Shown: positions 26,045 to 38,539 of the stretch, one piece after another
Layout of the letters: every line of letters begins with the position of its first letter
Numbering within the stretch: position 1 is the first letter of the stretch
DNA from: Styela clava
Taxonomy: Eukaryota
Reading direction: 5' to 3'
NCBI RefSeq assembly: GCF_964204865.1
Contig: NC_135251.1
Span: forward strand, 18,538,001-18,602,000
Length of the DNA stretch: 64,000 nucleotides
Notes under the pieces: generated by a model
The model's input: only the letters and a program-made list of their open reading frames with translations
Databases searched by the model: none
What the model was told of the DNA's origin: nothing
Position numbers and translations under genes: made by a program

Positions 26045-27598
26045 TATACTCAAACCAACTAATCCCATGTATATTTCATAAACTGGTCCACAACATTTTT
26101 TTTCTATTTTAATAAGCAAACAATGAAACGAGTTGATCTCGAGTGTCCTCTGGTGTTGAAGAAATGTAAGAATCGGAATTCCCACACCTCAATGGAATTC
26201 CCCGATATTTGGACTCAAAAGTCTTGGAATGTTTTCGGGATAAGAAGAAAAAGTACACACATAAGCTGAAAATCAAAAAGTATACACATTTATAGAAAAT
26301 ATGCACGTATGGATCGCTTTGCTATATTTTTTAGCTGTTGATAAAAAATATCCTTTTCCGAAACTCATGAACAAATCGAATTCAAACTTTCAGTATAATA
26401 TTGTAAGGTGGATGTCAGAACCGCAAGAAAGCCATTACTTATTTTCTGAGTCTTATGAAAACCGAATTTTCATTGTAATTGTTGGATTTATTTGGATTCA
26501 TTTTAATTAAGAAGAACGAAATATATTCATTCTGCCACGCTTGAGTATTGGCGTATAGACAGACATGCAGGAGCGCGCCTCAGCAAAGTAGCTAAGAGCT
26601 GAAAAGGCATAATCAGCTCGAGTCAAGTAAATATTTTGTTTTCGGCCACAAAAATAATATTCCTTCACAAATTTCATGAAAAGGAATAATTAATTAATCG
26701 CACAGTTTGACTAGGGAGGAAAGCCGCGAAGAACCATAGCTGGTTATCGAATAGCGATATTCAAGATCTTAATATCTAATTGAAACAACGGGAATTTTAG
26801 TTTTAGACAACTGTCACTGTTGATGAATACAATAAAGTTTTGGCAAGTTATCTAACCCAGGGTGGTCCAAACTCAGGCCCGTATTATAATCTGTGGCCCG
26901 CGTCACATTTACTGGTAGCCTGTACTCTATACGCAAACTAACTAATCCCATTATATTTCATGAACATGGTTTACACTTCACAACATGTTTTTTTCTATTC
27001 CAATATTCCTTTTCAAACAATGAAACGAGTTGATCTCGAGTGTCCTCTGGTGGTGAAGAAATGTAAGAATCAGAATTCCCTGAAATTTTGACTCAAAAAC
27101 CCTGGAATGTTTTCGGGAAAAGAAGGAAAAGTACACGCCCAAGCTGAAAATTGGAATTTATACACATTTATTGGAAATACGTACGTATGGATCGCTTTGC
27201 TATATTTTTTAGCTGGTGATAAAAAGTATTCTTTTCCGAAACTCATGAACAAATCGAATTCAAACTTTCAGTATAATATTGTAAGGTGGATGTCAGAACC
27301 GCTAGAAAGCCATTACTTATTTTCTGAGTCTTATGAAAACCGAATTTTCATTGTAATTGTTGGATTCAGGTGGATTCATTTTAATTAAGAAGAACGAAAT
27401 ATATTCATTCTGCCACGCTTAAGTATTGGCGTATAGACAGACATGCAGGAGCAATTAAGTTGCTAAGAGCTAAAAGGGATAATCAGCTCGAGTCAAGTAA
27501 ATATTTTGTTTTTCAGTTACAACAATAATATTCCTTCACGAATTTCATGAAAAGAAATAATTAATTAATCGCACAGTTTGACTAGGGAGGAAAGCCGC
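26045..27598 (+). repeat. Local direct duplication of ~680 bp (26045-26727 and 26928-27598)
   Basis: Long near-identical stretches, for example AAACAATGAAACGAGTTGATCTCGAGTGTCCTCTGGTG and CACAGTTTGACTAGGGAGGAAAGCCGC. The duplication explains the paired ORFs 26301-26510 and 27107-27388. Confidence 0.92.
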
Positions 27599-27609
27599 TT
27601 TTCTCATTG

Positions 27610-27680
27610 GTTACTGGACCATTTGCTTTGAAATTTTCAGTGGTTGAAGATGGAATTTTCCCCTGGAAGGCTATTTTTGC
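27610..27680 (+). repeat. Dispersed repeat family core (other copies at ~12247, ~12495, ~52622; reverse copy at ~11290-11348)
   Basis: Shared motif TACTGGACCAWTTGCTTTGAAATTTTCAGTGGTTRA.GAT...GAAGGCTATT. Confidence 0.65.
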
Positions 27681-29839
27681 ATTTATTTCAAATATTTCGG
27701 TGAGCTACATGGGATTCTTATTTTGAGTGCTATGACGTCATCCGAATTCGCCACTAGGTGGCGCTACGTGTCCATATATTTGAGCGTAGCTCTCTTGTTC
27801 TCTTAGTAAGCACAGCGTTTTATTTTTGATTGAAGTCGCGCTTCTTTTTTTACCTTTCATGTGTTTACAGCCAGATAATTTGCTGATTTACCATCGATTT
27901 AACCTTCAAACGTTTCCATAATTCGTCGAAACAAACTTTCTCAAGCTCTCGCAATGCATGTTTTTCGAAACTGGAATTAATTATTTACAATTATACAGTT
28001 CAAAATATGTAATAATTGTTTTATCCGAATAAGTGTGGGTTGGTTCTGTTTTATTCAAACTTTATCTGTTTTACTTTTACAGTATAGTTTTGCACTATAG
28101 GACCATCGGTTTTCAGAGATGACAGTCCCAATCGGCGGAAACAAACAACATATATATATACGAAAACTTATAACTGTGTGGGCGTTTCCCGTATAAAGCG
28201 ATATTTAAAGCAGCCCAAACTTCAGAAGATCGGATGGGGCCATGGGGGCCATGAATTGATGATCATGAATTAATGGCGGTGGATTGAATATATATATAGC
28301 ATAAATAGGAAAATAAGTGTGAAGTGTAAAATTACAAATGAGTCCTACGTATTTTCTGCAGTCATTAAACTTTCTCAAGTTACCCAATGGCAAAATTTTG
28401 AAGCATTCTGCGTGTGCTCAAATTTGAGCGCCATTCAGGCCTTGTAAAATTAGAGAAAAGCTCGAGAGACACGCGCCCTAGTTATGCCAATGACAAGTGA
28501 GAGAGATTCATTATTTCGTCAACCAGTATGAATACGATGCAGTTTACGTTTACAATTTATACTCACAAATATAAAATGTCAATTAAACATACGAATTAAT
28601 ATTACCTTCATGTAAAAATGAAGTTTTAGAACAAGGCGAATGGAAACATCTCCGATCAGATGCACGGGCTCGATGGTAGAGAGAGCCGTCATCGACCAGC
28701 GGTAACGTGAAACGCCAGTTACTTGTATATATATATATAAACTTTGCACGAATTAGCAGTTTCAGAGAAAAATTAGAGATGGGTTTCCATGATAAGAATG
28801 TGGTATATCGTGAACGTAGATGAAAAAATAATATGTAGAAACTTCGACCTCGTCTAATATTCGGCATTATTGATATTTTCGTCGCCAACCGATCGTTAGT
28901 TATCGTTTAGCCCGCTGTGGGATTGCAACGATTTGCTATGATGATATCTACTTTTAATAAATTCAGAGCGAAGTTCAATACTGTCAGCGTCCAATCCACT
29001 GGGGAGTTCGGCTTTTGTCCCTCGTCGGTGAGGATTCATCGAAAAATGTCTGATTCATCGCGTTAATACCAGCAAGAACTGTAATTTGAGATTTCCACAA
29101 ATGTTTAGCACGCTACGGTATGTTAGGCACCGAATATGTTCGCTAGTGTTTTCTACCGGTATATTCTGGGCCTGGTATGGTTTCATGATCCGTTGTAAGG
29201 ACATTAAGTAATAAATTATTCATTCTACTTGCACGGTCGTCTTGGCAGTATGACGGAGCATCGACGAGATGACAGAAGCCAGTCTGCGAAACATGCTATT
29301 AAGCATCTGTTAAGAACCCTAATGCACACAGGCTTTTTTAAATGAGATTACTTTTTTTACCACTCGAATTGTTGCCAGCATATTGTCGAAAATCCAACAA
29401 CTTCCCCGAGAAATAAAATAGGTATATGGAAAGAAACTTTTTTACAAACGCCTTGGTAGAAAGACGCATATAGTTGAGATATACAAATGCAAGATTTAAA
29501 ATCGGAACCAAGTACTATGATACAGTGAATAATAACGCTGCTATAAAATCAACTAGCAGATAAAATTGCCAGAGGTAAAAATTGAACTTTGTGAGTGATG
29601 AATGTCAGATTACGCTCTTTATACCGCGGAACTGTGACAATTCATCGCCTATCCAATACCGCACACCAATGTCAGTCTGAATGGAACGCAGCCCCGCGTC
29701 TCATCTTTAGGTGATATATATTTATACGATTCCTCGTAGGTTAGGGGGCGCATTTGGATAATGGTTGTTAATAACAACCCAGGTCCATTAAAGTCTCATC
29801 TATAAAAAAAAAATTTTCCTAAAAAACTTGACTTATACC

Positions 29840-29955
29840 TCGACTTACCATATATCTGGAGCAAAAAAAGGGACGGTGCGGATTGGACAAGCCGCAGGTC
29901 TACCGCGGAAAAACATGCTAAAACCCGGACTATCCCGGGACGTATGGTAAGCCTA
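29840..29955. mobile_element. Small hAT (Blackjack-like) MITE
   Basis: Ends are TCGACTTACCATA and TATGGTAAGCCTA. TSD is CTTATACC (29832-39) versus CTTGTACC (29956-63), a 7/8 match. Confidence 0.7.
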
Positions 29956-31213
29956 CTTGTACCCCATCTTAGAATCTCTCTCTCAATCCCAAGAATCTCC
30001 CTCTCAATCCCAAGAACAGCCAAGTTTCAACAAAAACAATCAGTACATATATTTGGAAATTTTCCACAACATGCAAAAAACACTGGTTGATTGTATTATT
30101 TTCGACATTTTTCAAGAATATAGCTCATGTTAAACTTTGTATAAATTGATGAATCTCATTATCACCAGCCCTTAGTGGAATAAATTTTATACATTGATAA
30201 CAACGATTTAGAAGTTGAGAATGTAAAATTCAACAACTTTTGTTACCTAGAGCAAAAAATGTGATATTCGAGAAAATCAAAATTAATTGAGAGATCGACC
30301 AGGCATTAAGCCAACTTGAATATTCCTGCTGGTGGTATAAATACATACAAAAACAGTGATAGACTATGAAATGTACAAGATGATGGCATATGCTATGTAA
30401 AAAATATAACACTGGTTTCTGATAAATAATAATAAAGAAAGAAGCTAATGAATAATTCATATCTTTTTAATGTGTGCAATCGCAGTCAGAGCACATCTGG
30501 CATAAATAAATTTGATGGAAGGAAATAGTTATACTACCAAACAATGAGTTGACAGTTAAAGAAAAAAATACCAGACAAACAAAATGCTATATTGGGGTAC
30601 CAATGAGAATTTCATTAGCGATTTTTTTTCAAATCACATGCTTATTGAAAAGTATACTAGAAATTTGAAGTATACACGAAAATTTGAATTTTAACCAGAC
30701 TGCTCAAAAAGGTTAAATTTAACGGAAAGAAAATTTGCCAAATAAAATATTTTTATACCATATTTCACCAGTTATATAAACAAATAATAAAAAAAATACC
30801 CGTGCAGATAATATATTTCAGTGCAGACAAATGGAACATATTTTGGACACAATATTACAAAATTTTACAATGATTCCACCGATACAGAACAACAAAATTC
30901 AGACCAAAATGTTCTCTCAAATTCCTAATTTAAGATATGATTGAGCACAAAGTAGCAGCTTGGTATTTGCATTCACGATTTATAAAACAAAAGCTATTTT
31001 GTAATGATTGTTATAGGAAATGAAAGAAAAACTGTGCAATCGGATGTTGGAAGCAGTTATATAAAAAAGTTTTTCAGTGTGTTGAAAAAGTGCTCCATGT
31101 TAATATACAAAGTGGAAAATCCCAAAGCCTGCAACATACTGTACTTGTAACAGATTTCCTGTGTGTTTGATGGAACCAGAAACTAAATTTAAAAATGGCA
31201 TACTGTACAGTGC

Positions 31214-33172
31214 TTACATTCTTTTTTTACTACCACGCTGATGAGTTCCTGATGCTGGACGCTGAAAATGAGATAATATGGTATGAGATACTAACATCTT
31301 CATGTCATGGTCAGAGGCTTCATCTCCAGATACCCATGGATGTTCCAAAACTTGAGATGCTGTTAATCTTATTTTGACATCATGTTGTAACATTTTGTTG
31401 ATGAGGTCTTGTGCAGACTTTGAAACAAAATCCCAGTGAGGAGAAGGGAATTCATAATGTCCACATAGAATCGAATCAAATAGTTCTTCCTGCAGGTTTT
31501 TAACAGACTGAAAGGGAGGAAATCCACATAAAAGAATGTAAGTTATGACACCAGCAGCCCAAACATCAACTTGAACACCATATCCCTGCTGTAACACAAT
31601 TTCGGGAGCGACATATGTTGGTGTTCCACAAACTGTGTATAACGGTCCATCTACCGTTGTCGCAAGACCAAAATCTCCTAGTTTCAATGCCTTACTGCTG
31701 TCTGAGTATTCGAAAAGCAAAAGATTTTCTGGTTTCACATCTCGATGAACTATATTGAGGTTGTGAAGATAAGCTAATGCACTACATAAATTATAAATCA
31801 TGCCACTTGCATCTCGTTCCGTGTAACAAGAACCTGATGTAATCGCATCAAAAAGGTCGCCACCTTCCGCTAGCTCCATTACCAAAAAAATTTCAGTTTC
31901 TGTAACAAAATCTTGCAATACTCTGACAATATTTGGATGCTCAATTTTCTTCAAGATGGAAACTTCATTCTCGATTTTGTGGCCCGGTTCCGTACCTTTT
32001 GTTTTATCTATGATCTTCATGGCATATCTTATACCACTGGTGCGGTGAATGCATTCCTTCACTGTTGCAAAATTTCCATCACCCAGCATTGATCTAACTT
32101 TATATTGTCGAACAAGGTCTCGAGGCCAAGCTATGATGGGATCTTCATCCTTTTCAGCATCCGCTAGAGATCTTGTCAAGTCATTAGTGGGGTTTAAAGT
32201 CACATTTCCTTCTCGCTGATCTTGACTCTGCCGCATCCTTGATTTGGGTTTCTGAGGAGGTTGCGTTCTTGCGCTGGATTTCACCCGAAAACTTCTTCTG
32301 GGAGCTTGTGGTGTTGAGATAGGTTTCGTGAAGCCTTGTTCGGAATTATTGATTTCAAAATCATCATGAGTTAACTTTTCATATCCACAAGCAATAAAAA
32401 CTTCATCATCTTCAAAAAAATCACTCAACTGGGTGACTTCCTTACCATGAAGTGTATAAATTTTTCTGACAGCACCTGTGTCAAGCTTTATAGCCGAGGT
32501 TATTTCATTCGCGACCTGTTCAAGGCTATGGGCTGTCTTTTTATTGAGCAGTATTCTGATAGCTTTTCTTGGTTTCACACCATTTCTTATAACTGTAATC
32601 AATTTTGGTCGAATAAAATCACGATTTAATCTGAAGGAGGATCTTCGCTCCTCTGACAATCGATTGTGATCATTGAAAGATTGTCTACCATCAGGTAATC
32701 TTGACATTGATCTAGACTTCAATTCGGAGTTTTGCGACCAGTTCGGACAAGCATTCCGCAGATAATCTAGTCTTTTGCAGGTTTCAGATGAAGAGCAGAC
32801 ATAGCTTTGTCCATTCACTAGCTCATCTAAACTGGTAATTCTTCGCCAATCGCCAATAGTAAAAATGGAGCGGACACCAAATGGAAGATTAACATTATCT
32901 TTGAGTGCACGAGTTAAATCAGTTAAAAGGGCATCAAAAGAACGGAATCGTGAACTTGAAATAGCATATGTGATACCTTGATGAAAACGGTCACCACTGC
33001 GATAAAATTGTACTCGCTTTGCTTTCTTTTCTTGTGATAAGTGTTGGAGGGTTCTTGTGCGATAAAAACTTGAATGAGCACTGTGAGCAGGACTACGTGT
33101 CCCTCTCATCAATCGAGACTTCTCAGATGCAAAATGTTCTGCAATAGAGCGCTGCATGACGCCATTCACCAT
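31214..33172 (-). CDS. DCLK: Doublecortin-like serine/threonine kinase, 652 aa, single-exon CDS
   Basis: Two DCX domains ([15 protein letters not shown]...; [31 protein letters not shown]), a Ser/Pro/Arg linker, and a CaMK-type kinase domain with [17 protein letters not shown] and [12 protein letters not shown] intact. Confidence 0.97.
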   Translation of the reverse strand: MVNGVMQRSIAEHFASEKSRLMRGTRSPAHSAHSSFYRTRTLQHLSQEKKAKRVQFYRSGDRFHQGITYAISSSRFRSFDALLTDLTRALKDNVNLPFGVRSIFTIGDWRRITSLDELVNGQSYVCSSSETCKRLDYLRNACPNWSQNSELKSRSMSRLPDGRQSFNDHNRLSEERRSSFRLNRDFIRPKLITVIRNGVKPRKAIRILLNKKTAHSLEQVANEITSAIKLDTGAVRKIYTLHGKEVTQLSDFFEDDEVFIACGYEKLTHDDFEINNSEQGFTKPISTPQAPRRSFRVKSSARTQPPQKPKSRMRQSQDQREGNVTLNPTNDLTRSLADAEKDEDPIIAWPRDLVRQYKVRSMLGDGNFATVKECIHRTSGIRYAMKIIDKTKGTEPGHKIENEVSILKKIEHPNIVRVLQDFVTETEIFLVMELAEGGDLFDAITSGSCYTERDASGMIYNLCSALAYLHNLNIVHRDVKPENLLLFEYSDSSKALKLGDFGLATTVDGPLYTVCGTPTYVAPEIVLQQGYGVQVDVWAAGVITYILLCGFPPFQSVKNLQEELFDSILCGHYEFPSPHWDFVSKSAQDLINKMLQHDVKIRLTASQVLEHPWVSGDEASDHDMKMLVSHTILSHFQRPASGTHQRGSKKRM

Positions 33173-34128
33173 GCTATTTGTCCTTCAAATGAAGTTAAAG
33201 AATACAACCAAAACACATAGCATACAAATAAGCTAAAAGATAATTTCAGAAGTTATAATTCTTTTTTAGTAGTCTGACCAAAACAGATTCGCAATTTAAA
33301 TAGACTAGATTTCACAAAATTTCTCATGCTGTACCGACGGTAAAGACTATTGAGGTTTCCTGTATATAGACTAGATCTGTAGATCACCATTGGGACAAGT
33401 CTGCGAGTACTACAGTACTAGCCTATCATCAGCACGCAAAACAATCTGACAATGTAAAAACTACAGAATCATATTTTCCTCTCCTATTTCTAGACTACCC
33501 CTTTTGCCTCAAGATCAATTTCCTAAAAATTTTGAGACATCGTTTTGTCACAAAATTGAATTGATTACTTGAAGAGCCGCATCTTATGACAGAATTACCG
33601 CATTCAATGATTCATACCATCATACAGTCATGTCATACCGGTAGTCCTCTACTTGTGTACTGCCAAACGCAGTCAATGACGCTGTTACTTTTCAAATAAA
33701 CACTTGAAAATGAAATCATCAATCTGTAAATACTCATCACATTCAACATTTCATTAGAACTAAGCCCAGTCTGACAATCCTGCCCAAACAACGCCCAGCG
33801 ACACATAACAACAAACAAAATCACAAGTCGACGAGAGAGAACTTTCGCTCGCGACGAACAAAACCAAATGGTACGACAGACTGCACCGTCGATCCGAGAA
33901 GAAATTTCAAACGAAGAGAAAAAAGAATTAAGTTACGATTCACAAGGATAAAATCTATTACTATGCTCTGATCATCCATAGCCCAAATTTATTTCATTTG
34001 GTCGCTGTTTTACTCGATTCGATAGTAATTACTTTGTTCCAGTGCATCTTGGTGTGAAATAACAGATGTGCCTTCGCGTTGATATTTGACACTTCATTGA
34101 GAAGACAAATTCAAACTGTGTGGTCATT

Positions 34129-37100
34129 ATGGTAAACGAATCTTTACGAGATATTATTGATGTGGAATGGCATCGAACTGAATTCGCAAATGAATTTTTC
34201 AAGTCCCTTTTACACAGGTACGAATACTGTTTTAAATTGGAATGAATTTGTTGGATTGAATAGCCAAATATATAGTTCGGCTTGGGGGAAATTTAGAAGT
34301 ATTAAGATTGACAATTTAAGTGTATTAATAGACAGATCAGCAGCAGAAATGCAGTTATACTTGTTGGGGTACATGTCGCACATCTGTGTCTTAGGCCAGA
34401 AAGGTCTTGAACATGTATCCCGTCTCTTTTATACCGTTTAGCTTTTATGCAGATACTGTTACATTTTTGAGGGAAATAAACATATATCTGTATATACAGC
34501 TAGACTACTTCATTGTAATTTACTGGGTACATCTCTCCCTCATGCCAGCATACCTTACAGATAGATGTAATTCTAAGGCTTCCTGCAGGGTCCACAACAT
34601 AAGAATATCGTTTGTTCTCTACTACCTCATTCTTCTCAAATTCTATTTTAGCAAAATCTGCTTATTATTTGAACAGGGTTTTGTGATTGTGTTATTGTTT
34701 CTGGTCTATGGCTTCAACTAACATATATTTGCCTGTGAATATGTTCTGTGTAATTTTTTAGGGGCCAACGCAGGCAGTTTGGACTTCTTGAAAGGCCTTC
34801 ACTGCCACCTAGCAAGTGAGTGCATAATTATTATAGAAATATATGGAACAATCACTACAGACTGGCAAACCCTGCTCTTTAGACACAATTAATTTTTTCG
34901 TCATTATGCTGATATTATAATGAATTCTGTGATATATTTGCGTGCAAAATACTAAGGATTTATGGAACAATAGCCCAAGACGAGTATGAATCAAGAGGAA
35001 CCTTCGTTTCTGATGAAATCTAACTAAGAACATAGCTAATTTTATTTCACTTGTCTCTTTCTCTTGTTTTCCATTCAATATATGTTAATATGTATAAATA
35101 CTCCTTTCATGTTATATTTTGTAGTATTCAATTGAACCTATCTGGCATCTGCAGATTTTGTTTTATCAAATCTATTTTGATATTTAATCTTGTGTTTCAA
35201 TAACTTTCAGAGAAACTACTATTGTCGAATACAAGATATTCCTTTGTGGAAGATCAGGGGTTGGGAAGACTGCAACAGTGGCAAAGTTAGCAGGCAACAA
35301 AATACCAAATGTTTTCAGTGAAACTGCAGGTATGCATGTTTATTTATCCAATATAACAACATCTCTATAATTGATAAACTTTAAAATAGAGTAACTATAT
35401 AAAGCATATATGTGATCAATTTTGTACCAACATTGATTTATTTAGTATAGAGTCTTATACGTATTCCTTTTATGTCACATTGGTTTTCTAGAAATTGTTG
35501 AATGATCAATGAATATTCATGCAAAGCCATGGCCTAATTTAAAACATATTCTTCGACATGTTTTATTTTTAATCTTAGGTATCGAAACAACTTCTATTTA
35601 TTGGCCAGTGCAAGTGAAAGCGACAAATAAAGTTGTCTTCTTTCGTCTTAATATATGGGATGTTGGAGATAATGCAATAAGAAAGTTTGAACACATTTTA
35701 CCAGTTAGTAACAAACGTTTATTAAATACTTGAAACTAAACTAATTTTTCTCAAATAATTTAGAGATTTAATGTTAAATAAAATACTATAAATCCTTTAC
35801 ATTGTTTTTCAACTTGACGACTTTGACACATTTAGCCTTGTGTTTCATTCCGTTGTTTCCTGTGAATGATCTATGAATTCACAAATAAGCCCTGAGTAAT
35901 AGCAATATTTTTTGATATGTTTTTGCAAAACTTGATAGAACAAATTTATAAACGAGAATATCGGTCGGAGACCGAAGACCAATCGATCGAAAGTTAGGGG
36001 ATTCCCCAAAACAGAAACTGCGGTTTCGATTCATCCGCTCCTACTCCATGGCGACAGCGTGTGTCCCATCACTAATGAAATAATAACTCGCTAATTATAT
36101 GGCATAATTCATCCAAAATCAATAAGCTTCTGGTCCGAGATATGATAAATGCACATGCAAAATTAGGAGCAGATTCAACCTTGCTTTCGTGAGATATCGT
36201 GTGTATCTAACAGACAAACAGACTTACCGATCTTAAAATCGATAAGTATTTATGGAAGTTGAATCTTTACTCTCAATGCTGTGTAGGTTTCATTTTCTAT
36301 GTTTAATGAGTAGAAACTCTCAATTTTTATTTCAGGCATGCCAGTCAAATGCTGATTGCTATATTTACACATTTTCGTTTATCGATAGATCAAGCTTTGA
36401 AGATATTCCTCAATTAATAAGTAGAATGATGGGAGATGATAACAACTTAGAAGGTCGTAAACCAGCACAAATCATCATGGGGACACGGTATGTTCCTATA
36501 TCTTTATGTGAAGTTTTTTAATAAATAGTAGCTCATAATCATGAGAGATAACCATTACATTAATGTGCGTTTTTCCAGCCCAAAGAGACATCGACGGAGG
36601 TATATTCTCATTTTGTCAAAATAAACGTATCAGTATGTAATGAAATCTATATATCAATATGACACCATAATAAACTTCAGTCATGTTTCCTCTTCATAAC
36701 TGATGACATTGATACAATTTTTTTTCACAGAGCTGACCAGTATATACACAGTGATATATCAGAAATGGAATTGAGAGATCTTGCTCAAGCATGGAGAATA
36801 CCTTTGCTCAGAACAAAAAATACCTATCTTAACAAACCTGTAAGGGAGTATAAAAATTCTTTATCATTTGAAAGACTAGTTCTTAGAAGGATTACTTTCT
36901 AATGTGGTGAATTTTATTCTACCGTAAAAAAGCATATTCTATCGTTTTGGTGCCATTGAATTGTCATTCACTCCGCTGTGGAGCATATCTTTGCAGCATG
37001 ATGGTGCATGATGGTGCCTCTTAGCCCTTGTACCTTAAATAAATAACTGACTCATCAATTTATCCCTGAACTATCTTCCCCTGAGGTAAATGCCAAGTTC

Positions 37101-37422
37101 TTTTTTATTTGAGTTAGCTGACTTACACCCTACATCTAAGTCCATGTATCTGGAACTCACTGGTTAATAACTGAACTAAACACCTTATTGTCTCTCTTCG
37201 AGGTAAATATGAAGTTGTTTTTGTTAGGGTACGGTAAATCTAATCGATATCATATGCAATTTTTTTGCATTTCATTTTCTTTCCTGACCCTGCATCTTCT
37301 ATCATGGAGTAAAAAAAAAATCTTCAATTTTGCAGGCAACAGAGCAAATATATGATATTGCACCAATCCTTGATGTTATATGTGGAATGTTATGGCAAAG
37401 AGATAATTCTCAGTTGAGATGA
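34129..37422 (+). CDS. CPLANE2: Ciliogenesis and planar polarity effector 2 (RSG1 small GTPase), 244 aa
   Basis: Seven phase-consistent exons: 34129-34217, 34762-34815 (RRQFGLLERP), 35211-35329 (YKIFLCGRSGVGKT), 35579-35703 (IETTSIYWP..WDVGD), 36336-36487 (FSFIDRSSFED), 36731-36839 (DQYIHSD) and 37336-37422 (LWQRD...*). They are collinear with remembered RSG1 motifs. Confidence 0.93.
35951..36248. mobile_element. Helentron/DINE-1-like non-autonomous element in a CPLANE2 intron
   Basis: It starts AACGAG, contains an ACAGACAAACAGAC microsatellite, and ends in a stem-loop CTTACCGATC-TTAAA-ATCGATAAG. Confidence 0.5.
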
Positions 37423-38539
37423 CCCTGGTCTGCATAATGCAATGCCTGCCGAAGTAGGTTCAATTGCATATACCTGCATTCCTCTCACAATATAGCAAGA
37501 ACAACGCTAGTTGAATTTTCATATATTTTTGCAAATTTATATTTTTATTACATTTGATGAAAAGATATATTAATTAAATAGCAAATGCACAATGATCAAA
37601 AATGAAAAACAAATAAAAAGCAAATTGTACGTAAAGTCAGTTCAGCTCGGCAATTATGGGACAACACTATAACAAACATAAGCTGATGAAGAACGTGACG
37701 GAGGTGGTGTGAAAAGTATGTTCATCCCTGCAGGTTTAATAATGTCCCATAAATTAGAATGTTCAGGAATTGAGGGGATGCAAACTTCTAGGTAGTAGTG
37801 AAGCATATATCAGATATCATGAAGGCATCATAAAATGGATATTTTTTATAGACCTTTAACCCTTTTTTTAACAATTTTTCCCCATATTGGAAAACTATAC
37901 TCCTTTGCGAGCTTTGTCAAATGCGAGTCAAAGGTACAAAAACAATGTTCACATTCATATGCTTACTCAAGTATCAGAGTGGCTGCCAAATTTTATTTGT
38001 AACATCCAGGGCTAGGGAGCCTTAATAACATTTTGTTGGTACTAATCTCAAGCTTACCATATTAGCCGGAGCTAACAAATTATTGGCTCAATTGTTTCAT
38101 ATTTACAATACCCTATCATCTACAGCTTTCAATAATAACAGGACTAGATCTATTGTGATTTTAAACCAGATCCCCAACCCTGGTTACTTCACCGTAGAGT
38201 TATTACTGATCAGTCTGATTAACTAGTTACAGAAATAGGTAAATCTACCAACAATCTTTGAGTTCAGTTAAGGATTATTTAGTAAACTGATTGCTATAGT
38301 GATTCATTATTTATTTATTGCACATACAAGCAAGTTCAGAAATAATTTTAGTGCAATCAAGTTGGCAATATTTCATGAATTGGCGTTTCTTGCTTCTATA
38401 AGCATTTGGGAAAAGGAGCAAGTTGTGTCACAGTTTATTGCACAGATGAGGTGGTTTACTATCTTGCACAGATGAGGTGGTTTACTATCTCTCACAAACG
38501 GCAATCTATTAGCAATAATTCCAATGCATATTAACATTT

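Noticed and set aside
28583-29300. Exon-like GC-richer segments between the GPCR and DCLK
   Set aside because: Several frames are briefly open, but there is no coherent protein or homology.
31214-37422. DCLK nested inside a CPLANE2 intron
   Set aside because: The first CPLANE2 coding exon lies at 34129-34217, so the CDSs are divergent and do not overlap.
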